Shown: positions 34,158-41,456 of the stretch, piece by piece | Numbering within the stretch: the stretch's first letter is position 1 | Layout: each line of letters opens with the position of its first letter | IMG/VR virus record: IMGVR_UViG_3300037762_000489 | Coordinates: 1-44,471 of that record | Source: a virus | Taxonomy: Duplodnaviria > Caudoviricetes | Reading direction: 5' to 3' (one strand) | DNA: 44,471 bases | Position numbers and translations under genes: made by a program | The notes under the pieces: generated by a model | Told to the model about the DNA's origin: nothing | Database searches by the model: none | Seen by the model: the letters and a program-made list of their open reading frames with translations, nothing else

Positions 34158-34950
34158 CCGCTACCCTCCTGCGACCTTGATTATCCTTAATGAAATCGAG
34201 AATATCATGCGATGGCTCAAACCACTCACCTTGCAATCGGCAGGCACTAAAACGATTGTGCAGTTTCTTTTCCAACTTTCTTCCACCAGGAAGTGTAGCA
34301 AGCAGTATCAGTTCATCATGATAGGGAATTGACCTAACACGCTTCAGCGGATCCACTGAAATACCTATCTTTATCGGCCCACCATTAACGCTTTGGGCAA
34401 AATAAACCAGAAACACTGGAGCTTCCTCTTGAGGGCGGCTTATAAAATCCGAGCCATCTGTTTGGGTAGCAGTGTGAAGTAGGTTTGCAGATACAATCAT
34501 CCCTGCTTCGGCCAGGGCCTGGTCTCTGCTCTTTTCCGGCGTACTATCAAGGATAATAGAGACGAGCACATTAACCCGTTCCAGCCATTTTGCTGGATCA
34601 AAGTCAATTTCCGAAAGAATCGTAGTGTTAGCCATGGGTTTGCCGCAACAAGGACATTGGAAGGAGTCTGATCCTGGTGAAACCGGGACAGAGTGCCTAC
34701 CACCATCATATCCACTCTTTCTTCCGTTGGGTCGTGTCAGCACGCCCATCGCTTCGAGTGTCTTTAATTCAGGTCGGATGGTCGAGTCGGCATAACCTAC
34801 CGCAGTGGCTATCTCCACGCTTTTAACAGGACGATGGCGATCTTTAACCAGTTGCTCGACCGCCTCTCGGATATCCCGCTGGCGGGGGGTAAGTTTAAGT
34901 TCAATGAGGTCCAGTTTTGCACCGCAGGCCGGACAGCGAATCATACGCAA
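34147..34950 (-). CDS. Zn-knuckle plus wHTH fused to a GIY-YIG (T5orf172-like) domain
   Basis: LTPRQRDI...STIRPELKTLEAMGVL; VYFAQ...IKIGISVDPLKR...EKKLHNRF...GEWF. Confidence 0.8.
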   Translation of the reverse strand: MRMIRCPACGAKLDLIELKLTPRQRDIREAVEQLVKDRHRPVKSVEIATAVGYADSTIRPELKTLEAMGVLTRPNGRKSGYDGGRHSVPVSPGSDSFQCPCCGKPMANTTILSEIDFDPAKWLERVNVLVSIILDSTPEKSRDQALAEAGMIVSANLLHTATQTDGSDFISRPQEEAPVFLVYFAQSVNGGPIKIGISVDPLKRVRSIPYHDELILLATLPGGRKLEKKLHNRFSACRLQGEWFEPSHDILDFIKDNQGRRRVADVT

Positions 34951-34959
34951 AAATCCTCC

Positions 34960-35400
34960 TTAGTCTTCCCGGTAAAACCCATCCGGCACGACCACCGGAT
35001 TCACCTCGCAGTGCAAATAATCATCCGCACAGAAGAAGACGGCCACGTCGCCCGGTTGCAGCAGCCTGGCTCCCGCGTCCTCCGAGCGGACGATCAGCAC
35101 GACGCCTTCCGGCAGGCTCTCGGCATTCGGTTCGATCATCCACAGCTTGAGCCGGATCGTGGTTTCTCCAATCAAGGGGGTCACGGTCTCAACGATCTCG
35201 CCCTGGATATGGATGTAGAGCACCACCGGCGGCTTTTCCGCTTCCTGGAGGGTCAGCGGCTCCCCTCCACCAGCTGCCCCTGTCAGATGATAACGATCCT
35301 CTCCTGAGACAATCAGTGCCGCTGCCAGCACCAGGACGGCGATCAGCAGCAGCATTGCCCCGTATACCCTGTCTCTCCCCATGATGATCCCTTGTCTCAT
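34960..35400 (-). CDS. Membrane-anchored hypothetical protein
   Basis: N-terminal TM helix. Confidence 0.65.
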   Translation of the reverse strand: MRQGIIMGRDRVYGAMLLLIAVLVLAAALIVSGEDRYHLTGAAGGGEPLTLQEAEKPPVVLYIHIQGEIVETVTPLIGETTIRLKLWMIEPNAESLPEGVVLIVRSEDAGARLLQPGDVAVFFCADDYLHCEVNPVVVPDGFYRED

Positions 35401-35672
35401 TACCGGCCTTTCGTTTCATAGTGCCAGAGATGGTCAGGATTAAAGTCCCCACACTCCGGGCACTCCTTCCCATGTGACCCAACCGCTGCGACCATGACCC
35501 ATCGATGACCGCAGCCATTGCATTGCGTTTCGTAGACCCCCCAGCCATAAGGCCCATCGTCGAGCGCGTAGTCGGGAATGTGTTCCCAGGAATCCCAGAG
35601 AGCATCAATTGGCGGTTTCCAGTCTTCGTCAGGCATCTTCTTCTCCAGATCACGGTCATCACTTACACTCAA
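35400..35672 (-). CDS. Small zinc-ribbon protein
   Basis: CNGCGHRW...ECPECG. Confidence 0.65.
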   Translation of the reverse strand: MSVSDDRDLEKKMPDEDWKPPIDALWDSWEHIPDYALDDGPYGWGVYETQCNGCGHRWVMVAAVGSHGKECPECGDFNPDHLWHYETKGR

Positions 35673-35746
35673 AAAGTAAATAACGGTATTACATGATATA
35701 GGGATTTATTCACTTAAAAAGCGATGCTTCGTAAAATATCAGGGAC

Positions 35747-35986
35747 TTACTCACCGTCCGGCTCCTGATCGGTCTGATTTGTCATGTTGTCGCCTCTATA
35801 GACTCCCAGGAACTCTTCTACTGTCATTCCAAAGGCACGCTGAAGTGCGATGTCAAAGGCTAGTGCGAAGTCCAATATCGCCCCGGCAAGTTCCTCTTGC
35901 CCGGCCTGTTTCACTCTCTCAGCAGCAATTTCCGGATGACGACTCAGTGCTTCCAGGTAAGCACCATCCCAGATATCGTTTTTCAT
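35747..35986 (-). CDS. Hypothetical protein
   Basis: GGAGAGAAGG RBS; operon context. Confidence 0.6.
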   Translation of the reverse strand: MKNDIWDGAYLEALSRHPEIAAERVKQAGQEELAGAILDFALAFDIALQRAFGMTVEEFLGVYRGDNMTNQTDQEPDGE

Positions 35987-36037
35987 AACCTTCTCTCCAT
36001 AAAATGGTTTATGTCGCCTTCTGACCCTTAGACAACT

Positions 36038-36328
36038 CTAAGTGGATGGTGGTTCGTCCGATTCATCTTCCTCATAGGTCCACCCAAACTGACAAACCTG
36101 CGCGGCAGCCTTACGCCAGCCCGGTGTAAAGACATCTAACTCACTCTCTGAAAAGCCGCCCCGTCTGGCAAGCTCCTCAAGGGTTTTGGTAAAGCCGAAG
36201 TCTCTTGAATAGCGTCGATAGGCGTTCTCAGCAATAAGGAGAGGAATAGACTCAAGCCCCCATATCCTTTCAAAGTCAGGAAGGACTGGAAACCGTCCAT
36301 TCTCTATCCAGTTGTCATCCCTTATCAT
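36038..36328 (-). CDS. Hypothetical phage protein
   Basis: AAAGGA RBS; TLEELARRGGFS..E motif. Confidence 0.65.
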   Translation of the reverse strand: MIRDDNWIENGRFPVLPDFERIWGLESIPLLIAENAYRRYSRDFGFTKTLEELARRGGFSESELDVFTPGWRKAAAQVCQFGWTYEEDESDEPPST

Positions 36329-36340
36329 CGTTCGATCCTT

Positions 36341-36568
36341 TCATTTTCTAAAGGTGGACAGACTTTCCACAATGGCATTGAAAAGTTCTCGCATTGCTCG
36401 AAAACAGACAGCGAAAGGATAGCCGTAAGAGTTTTCCTGGTAATACCTCACCAGGTCCCGGTCCGGGGGCTTGAGCGTCTCTATCCATTGCTCTGTGGCC
36501 TCTTCGCCCTCCTCTACTGTCATTCTGGTCAGCGTCCGCAAAGGGTTATCGTGTTCAATCGGGAGCAT
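36341..36568 (-). CDS. Hypothetical protein
   Basis: Start refined to MLPIEH after GAGGAAAG. Confidence 0.55.
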   Translation of the reverse strand: MLPIEHDNPLRTLTRMTVEEGEEATEQWIETLKPPDRDLVRYYQENSYGYPFAVCFRAMRELFNAIVESLSTFRK

Positions 36569-36588
36569 CTCTATCTTTCCTCTCTGTG

Positions 36589-36825
36589 CTATTCCGGCGG
36601 TTCTTTTATCGCGTCGCTGACGATATGTTGCGAAAGGGTGCGATACAGACTCCACTTGAAGCCCGGCTGTTTACATCTTCCCATGCACAGAATAAAGCCA
36701 GGGAAATGAAGCGTGATGGAAGGATCGCTGTGATCAACGTGAAAGCCGAGGCTAATCCACCAGTTCGATCCGGTTTGTATATCCCACTTTCTGTCGATTG
36801 CCATCAATTCACCTTTCCTCCCCAC
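36589..36825 (-). CDS. Hypothetical protein
   Basis: Operon context; ISLGFHVD motif. Confidence 0.55.
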   Translation of the reverse strand: MGRKGELMAIDRKWDIQTGSNWWISLGFHVDHSDPSITLHFPGFILCMGRCKQPGFKWSLYRTLSQHIVSDAIKEPPE

Positions 36826-36846
36826 GCCCGGTCGAAAGAGTTGTTG

Positions 36847-37104
36847 TTACGCATATTCCCACCTTCTCCCCATGCATTCACGGGCGGCAACCAGTTCCAG
36901 GATATTCCTGGAACGCGGGGGGATTCGCCGATACACCTCACAATAGTTTTCATTGAGGCGGAAGGTGTCACAATAGTAGATTGCGTCTTCCAGGTATTCG
37001 CAGTCTACGGCTAACACCGGCAGGCGACTCTCTTTGGTGAAATACACAATCGCCAAATATGGTTTGCTCTCGTGTTTTTCAATCCTTTCTCGCGGGTTCA
37101 TCAT
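36847..37104 (-). CDS. Hypothetical protein
   Basis: ATGA coupling. Confidence 0.6.
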   Translation of the reverse strand: MMNPRERIEKHESKPYLAIVYFTKESRLPVLAVDCEYLEDAIYYCDTFRLNENYCEVYRRIPPRSRNILELVAARECMGRRWEYA

Positions 37105-37430
37105 TCACCTTCTTTTGCGTAATAAGAACGTAATTCGTTCTCAAAAACATGGCGTATTTGCTGGCCGATAGCCGGATCGCCAAAGCGGTGTGATATAAAA
37201 TGAATGTTTCCCTGGGCGTAGCTTAAGGCTGTCCTATCGTCCCCCTCTACCATCGGGGCGAGATAATCTTCATAATTCTCTATGAACAATCGAGCATCCT
37301 CTTTGGTGGCGATAGAGGCGAGTACACCATAAAACCCCTCTGTCCCGGCCTCTTCTAAGATTGCTTTTGTCCATTTAATCGTTCGCCAGTTGTCAGCGAA
37401 TATGAACCGGTTCATATTTGTGTTACTCAT
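37101..37430 (-). CDS. Hypothetical protein; palindrome A lies in its first codons
   Basis: Operon context. Confidence 0.6.
   Translation of the reverse strand: MSNTNMNRFIFADNWRTIKWTKAILEEAGTEGFYGVLASIATKEDARLFIENYEDYLAPMVEGDDRTALSYAQGNIHFISHRFGDPAIGQQIRHVFENELRSYYAKEGE
37401..37416. repeat. Palindrome A copy 7
   Basis: Exact match. Confidence 0.95.
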
Positions 37431-37499
37431 CGCCGACGGCGAAGCGGCTCACGGGCATGGGAATAATCTTGCGGGCCATGTTAATACTCAGCCATATTG

Positions 37500-37652
37500 T
37501 TACTTCTGGTCATCATAGTCCTCTGAGTCGAGATCGTAGAGATCATCAAGGGTCAGATACACCTCATTCCAGCAGGTGTGGCAGGTCGTCTCCCCTTCCC
37601 CATCGTTGGGATCAACGTTCAGTTCGTAGCCGCAAAATGGACACGGGATCAT
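37500..37652 (-). CDS. 50-aa zinc-ribbon microprotein with acidic tail (not in ORF track)
   Basis: MIPCPFCGYELNVDPNDGEGETTCHTCWNEVYLTLDDLYDLDSEDYDDQK. Confidence 0.65.
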   Translation of the reverse strand: MIPCPFCGYELNVDPNDGEGETTCHTCWNEVYLTLDDLYDLDSEDYDDQK

Positions 37653-37693
37653 GAATTACCAGTTCCTCTCTGCCCGCAGCGCGGGCGGTATCT

Positions 37694-38029
37694 CTACTCG
37701 TCTTCCCAATCCGGCGAGGCCGGGAGTACGGGCAGCCGGTCCGCGAATCGCCATTCGGCAACCGGCTCCTGCTGGAGGCTCTCTACCATGCGGCGCGCAG
37801 TCTCTTCGTCAGTCGGGGTGATAGCATAGATGGCGTTGTGGTGGTAGAGCTTGGTGTAAGCGGGCTTGTTGCCAGCGGCGGGCACATCAACGCGCACAAA
37901 AGACGCGCCACCCAGATTCTGCTCAGAGACCATCCCGGCGCTCATCTGGTGACCAAAAAGTTCAAGAATACACCAATGCTTGAAACTATTCTCATTAGAC
38001 ATACTTAGCTCATTGCGTTCAGACGACAT
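37694..38029 (-). CDS. Conserved-looking phage hypothetical protein
   Basis: WCILELFGHQ..AG.VSEQ..GG.SFVRVDVP...AIYAITP. Confidence 0.75.
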   Translation of the reverse strand: MSSERNELSMSNENSFKHWCILELFGHQMSAGMVSEQNLGGASFVRVDVPAAGNKPAYTKLYHHNAIYAITPTDEETARRMVESLQQEPVAEWRFADRLPVLPASPDWEDE

Positions 38030-38131
38030 CTACTCTTCCTCCCATTCATCTTCAACGTCATCCCAGAGGTCATCCCTGGCCCCGGCCCCGTTCGGGGCAG
38101 CGCCAACCATCTCGCGGGCTGCTACCGTCAC
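38030..38131 (-). CDS. 33-aa acidic microprotein coupled to ThiF (not in ORF track)
   Basis: GTGA overlap with the ThiF stop; ends DDLWDDVEDEWEEE. Confidence 0.45.
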   Translation of the reverse strand: MTVAAREMVGAAPNGAGARDDLWDDVEDEWEEE

Positions 38132-38940
38132 CCCAGCCGCTCGCTCAGAGCATCCGCCGAGATCTCGACGCTCCGCACGGTCGGGCCATCGATGTCCACA
38201 TAGCTCAGGAAGGTCTCGATGGGCTGGCGGTTGAGGAGCTTCAGGGTGTAACTGGCCGCGACGGTGGCGATCAGGTCGTTGATCAACAGATGCTGCGCTC
38301 CGGCTTCCAGCGCCTCCGCACAGGAGAGGGGCGACCAGAGGTCGCTTGGGGCCGGGGCCTCCTCTGGTTCCAGCAGGGCCGGGAAGAGCAGGCCCGCCAC
38401 CGGCAGGTAGCCGGTCCGGGGGTAGCGGCCCAGCTTGCCGCCGGTGTAGGTGGTGATGCTCAGCTGCGCCGGGTCGGTCGTGTTGCCTATGACAACCTGG
38501 CCGCTGGTAGGGTGATTCCCGGCGTCGATATAAAGATGCCGGTGGTGGGAAGTCCCGCGCAACGATTGGTGGATGGCAAGCCGAGCCTCGTGGTTGTCCA
38601 CTGCCCCACAGAGCAGGGTGCTCCTGGTGAGGAGCGCCGCGCTGAAGGACTCGACCTTCCAGCGGATATCCAGGCCCAGGGCGTAGTTCAGCCGCCGGGC
38701 GACGGCCTCCGCCTTCGGTAAGCCCACGTCGCCGGGGGCGAACAACTGCCGCCCCACGTTCTTCATTTCCACGAAATCAGGGTCCACAACCGTGAGGCTG
38801 GGGGCCTGCTGACCGCGCTCTCGCATGTCCCACAGGCAGCGGGCGATGCTCCGCGCCCACTGAGCGCCGGTCCCGCCTGCCCCCACCAGCAGGATGTGAT
38901 GAGGGAGATAGGGAGGTTCAAATTGTACAGGGATCATCAC
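38128..38940 (-). CDS. ThiF/E1-like adenylyltransferase (PRTRC-type)
   Basis: LLVGAGGTG, DPDFVEMKNVGRQLF, AVDNHEAR, DAGNH..GQV, candidate catalytic SCAE. Confidence 0.92.
   Translation of the reverse strand: MMIPVQFEPPYLPHHILLVGAGGTGAQWARSIARCLWDMRERGQQAPSLTVVDPDFVEMKNVGRQLFAPGDVGLPKAEAVARRLNYALGLDIRWKVESFSAALLTRSTLLCGAVDNHEARLAIHQSLRGTSHHRHLYIDAGNHPTSGQVVIGNTTDPAQLSITTYTGGKLGRYPRTGYLPVAGLLFPALLEPEEAPAPSDLWSPLSCAEALEAGAQHLLINDLIATVAASYTLKLLNRQPIETFLSYVDIDGPTVRSVEISADALSERLG
38326..38348 (-). repeat. Motif B copy 3, inside ThiF just before the SCAE codons
   Basis: Exact 23-bp match. Confidence 0.9.
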
Positions 38941-39668
38941 AGCAGTCCTTTCACCCAATTCCCGAAGGTCTTCCTGGCTTCTACCAGGTCGTCAAGCGGG
39001 TATTGGGTCCGGGGCTTGCCATCCAGCCTGGCGTAGAGCTTGCGGATATCCTCAGGGTACTTCTTCGAGCGCCCCCTGACGTTATGGTTTCCAAAGCGAC
39101 TGCCCAGCAGCACGTCCCAGTCCGCCTGGAGGCTTACCGGGTCCGGCTTGCGCCGGAATCTGGGCCGCTTGACGCTCCCCCAGCAGATGCCCCCGTTGTC
39201 GTAGACGTGGGGGAGTGGGGTTAAGTAAAGCTCATCCCCCATTGAGACCGGGCGCTCCAGGACGGCGTAGAGGCCGTACTCGGCCCCCCGGCTTTTGCTC
39301 ACCCGGGCCAGGACCAGGCCGGGGAAGTTGACCCGGTAGGGGTCGTCAAGGCCCTCAATCCACAACCCCACCGGGCCGGGAGGCCGGTAGCTGACCACCA
39401 GCTTCTTTACCCCATCCTGGGCGGTGTAGAGGATGCTCTCGTCAAGCAGGCCCGAATCCAGTTTGACCGCTGCCCCCAGCGCTTCGGCGATGTCCGCCGG
39501 GTCCACCGGGTACTCGGTCGTGCCCTCCTCATCGGCGCGCCTCAGGATCACCGCGTGGGGGTAGAACATCAGGATCAGGGCGGGGGTCAGCGCCTCCGGG
39601 CGCAGGGCCTGCTTCAGGCCATTCAAATGGACAGGCCGGGTGATATCGGCGGGCGGTGTTAGGGTCAT
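38937..39668 (-). CDS. Prokaryotic E2-like conjugating enzyme (PRTRC protein B, Prok-E2 family D-like)
   Basis: FPGLVL...LYLTPLPHVYDNGGICWGSV...LLGSRFGNH. Confidence 0.85.
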   Translation of the reverse strand: MTLTPPADITRPVHLNGLKQALRPEALTPALILMFYPHAVILRRADEEGTTEYPVDPADIAEALGAAVKLDSGLLDESILYTAQDGVKKLVVSYRPPGPVGLWIEGLDDPYRVNFPGLVLARVSKSRGAEYGLYAVLERPVSMGDELYLTPLPHVYDNGGICWGSVKRPRFRRKPDPVSLQADWDVLLGSRFGNHNVRGRSKKYPEDIRKLYARLDGKPRTQYPLDDLVEARKTFGNWVKGLL

Positions 39669-40479
39669 TGGGCATCTCCTTGTCTAATCGTTCCATGTTG
39701 TCGGCCAGGGCCGTGAGCCAGGCCGGGTTGTCGAGCAGGAAGTCTCGCCCATCACGGGCGATCTTGCAGAGGAGGAGCGCCTCCTCATTCATATAGTTCA
39801 TGAAATCAACGTTCTGTTCGTTCCATTCCATCCACTCCATCCCGCTTTCCTGGATGGCAAAGGTCGTCATGTCAGCAGCGGTGTTGCCAGTCGCGCCGAC
39901 CAGGTAGCGGATCAGGGTCCCGACCTGGGCGCGGGGCCAGCCCGCGCCGCCCGCTGCCCGTTCGATGTCAAAGGCGTCCTCGTCTCCTATCAGGTCGCTG
40001 GCAAGGAGCAGGCGGGCATAGAACTTGATCACCTCGCTGCCGGAAATACTAAAGTATTCGCCATCCTGGTATATCTGGAGCGCTTCGAGCACCGGCGTCC
40101 AGATGTCGGGATCGATCTCATAGTCAAAGCCGAAGCCGACGGCGGGGATGCCATAGGCCAGATACTCCAGGTCCCACAGTTCGAGGTCTGGCATAAGGTC
40201 GTTAAACCATTCGACCAGCTTCTCTTCGAGATCGCGGCGTGGAGTTTCCAGGCGAAGCTCGCGCTGAAGGGCGGCATAGATTTCGGGGATGCCGCTGGCG
40301 GCGATGGCCGCCGCGACCAGCCCTTCACCGTCACCACCGTCCAACACCGCATCGTCTAGCGGCTCCATCCCTGACAGCCAGGCTTTGGCCTGGACGATCT
40401 CCATCGGCGGGTCAGCCAGGGCAGCCAGGGAGAGCAGGCGGTGGGCGTCAAGCACGTCGGCGATGCACAGGCTGATCAC
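39529..40479 (-). CDS. Acidic helical protein in the PRTRC protein F position
   Basis: Position between Ubl and E2; TGNTAAD...EWNEQN motif; homology not confirmed. Confidence 0.55.
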   Translation of the reverse strand: MISLCIADVLDAHRLLSLAALADPPMEIVQAKAWLSGMEPLDDAVLDGGDGEGLVAAAIAASGIPEIYAALQRELRLETPRRDLEEKLVEWFNDLMPDLELWDLEYLAYGIPAVGFGFDYEIDPDIWTPVLEALQIYQDGEYFSISGSEVIKFYARLLLASDLIGDEDAFDIERAAGGAGWPRAQVGTLIRYLVGATGNTAADMTTFAIQESGMEWMEWNEQNVDFMNYMNEEALLLCKIARDGRDFLLDNPAWLTALADNMERLDKEMPNDPNTARRYHPACPFEWPEAGPAPGGADPRPDPDVLPPRGDPEARR

Positions 40480-40733
40480 AGGCCGTACTCCAGGCTGGGC
40501 CGGTCATCGGGGACCGGCTCCAGGTGGCGCGTCCGGGTCAGGAGCTTCTCACAGTCCTGACCGTAGACGATCAGTTCCACTGTGGCCTGGATGATCTGGT
40601 CGCGGTTCCCGGCATTGTCCGCCGGGAACCAGCCGCCGCCCCCGGAGCGGAACTCCCGCAGGAGTTCCACCCCCTTGAGCTTGCGCTCCGGCAGGCCGGA
40701 GAGGGCCTCCCTGAGCTTCTGAGCGGGCGTCAT
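40476..40733 (-). CDS. Hypothetical protein within the cassette
   Basis: Tightly packed; GTGA coupling. Confidence 0.65.
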   Translation of the reverse strand: MTPAQKLREALSGLPERKLKGVELLREFRSGGGGWFPADNAGNRDQIIQATVELIVYGQDCEKLLTRTRHLEPVPDDRPSLEYGL

Positions 40734-40736
40734 CGA

Positions 40737-40928
40737 TCAGCCCTTGCGCCCGGCTTGCGGTTTGAACTCCACCACCTGGAGGCCGTTTTCCTGCTCGGTC
40801 ACGGAGACCGCTGCATGGATCACTTCCGGGTAGGCCCGCTTGAGGGCGTCCTTCACCTGGTCCGTGTTCAGGGCCTCGGTGGAGGGGTTGTCGTGGATGA
40901 TGGTTTCGCCGATCTTGAATACGCGCAT
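40737..40928 (-). CDS. Ubiquitin-like protein (PRTRC protein C)
   Basis: MRVFKIG...DQVKDALKRAYPEVIHA...VVEFKPQAGRKG, ending in KG; GAGGAG RBS before 40928. Confidence 0.88.
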   Translation of the reverse strand: MRVFKIGETIIHDNPSTEALNTDQVKDALKRAYPEVIHAAVSVTEQENGLQVVEFKPQAGRKG

Positions 40929-40929
40929 G

Positions 40930-41271
40930 TTACTCCTCGTTTTCTTCTGAATAGTCTTCGTCAAACGCCTCGTTAGAGTCGTCGTCGTCTATTTCGGCCT
41001 CTTCGTCGAGGTCCTCGTCCGCCTCTACTGAAGGGGCACTCTTCGCCGCCGCTGTGGGCGGCTGGATCAGCAGCGGGTCGGCCTCATGGCGCACCACGTC
41101 GGCCAGCAGGTCGTAGATGGCGCGGGTCAGGTCCTCGGCGGTTTCCACCTTCGCCGAGGCGACGACGGCGCTGTTGAGCTTCTGCCCCACCAGGTCCACC
41201 TGGCCTGAGCCATCGGTCGAGATGGTCAGGGTGACGATGATCGGGGCTGAGATGGCAGTCAGTTCAGTCAT
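40930..41271 (-). CDS. PRTRC protein E-like with long acidic tail
   Basis: Beta-beta-beta-helix N-terminus (ETAEDLTRAI), low-complexity tail, immediately upstream of the Ubl. Confidence 0.5.
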   Translation of the reverse strand: MTELTAISAPIIVTLTISTDGSGQVDLVGQKLNSAVVASAKVETAEDLTRAIYDLLADVVRHEADPLLIQPPTAAAKSAPSVEADEDLDEEAEIDDDDSNEAFDEDYSEENEE

Positions 41272-41456
41272 TGTGACGGCTCCTTTACCGGGTTCATGGG
41301 AAGCACCTGCACCGCGCCGCGCTTCAACCAGGTCGCCTCGCGCACTTCCATTGTTTCGTTAAGGTAGGCGACGTGATTCGTCGGGACGGCTTTCTCAACG
41401 CCGTCTACCCGGACGATGAGTAACACGCGGCAGGTGGTCCTTTTGATGGTGATCAT
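41268..41456 (-). CDS. Small hypothetical protein
   Basis: GAGGAGG RBS; ATGA overlaps at both ends. Confidence 0.65.
   Translation of the reverse strand: MITIKRTTCRVLLIVRVDGVEKAVPTNHVAYLNETMEVREATWLKRGAVQVLPMNPVKEPSQ

Noticed and set aside
339-37416. Palindrome A or motif B as CRISPR repeats
   Set aside because: Copies are hundreds of bases to kilobases apart with no regular spacers, and no cas genes are present
37500-37652. LysW amino-group carrier protein
   Set aside because: Similar zinc ribbon and acidic tail, but it lacks the C-terminal EDWGE and no LysX-type ligase is nearby
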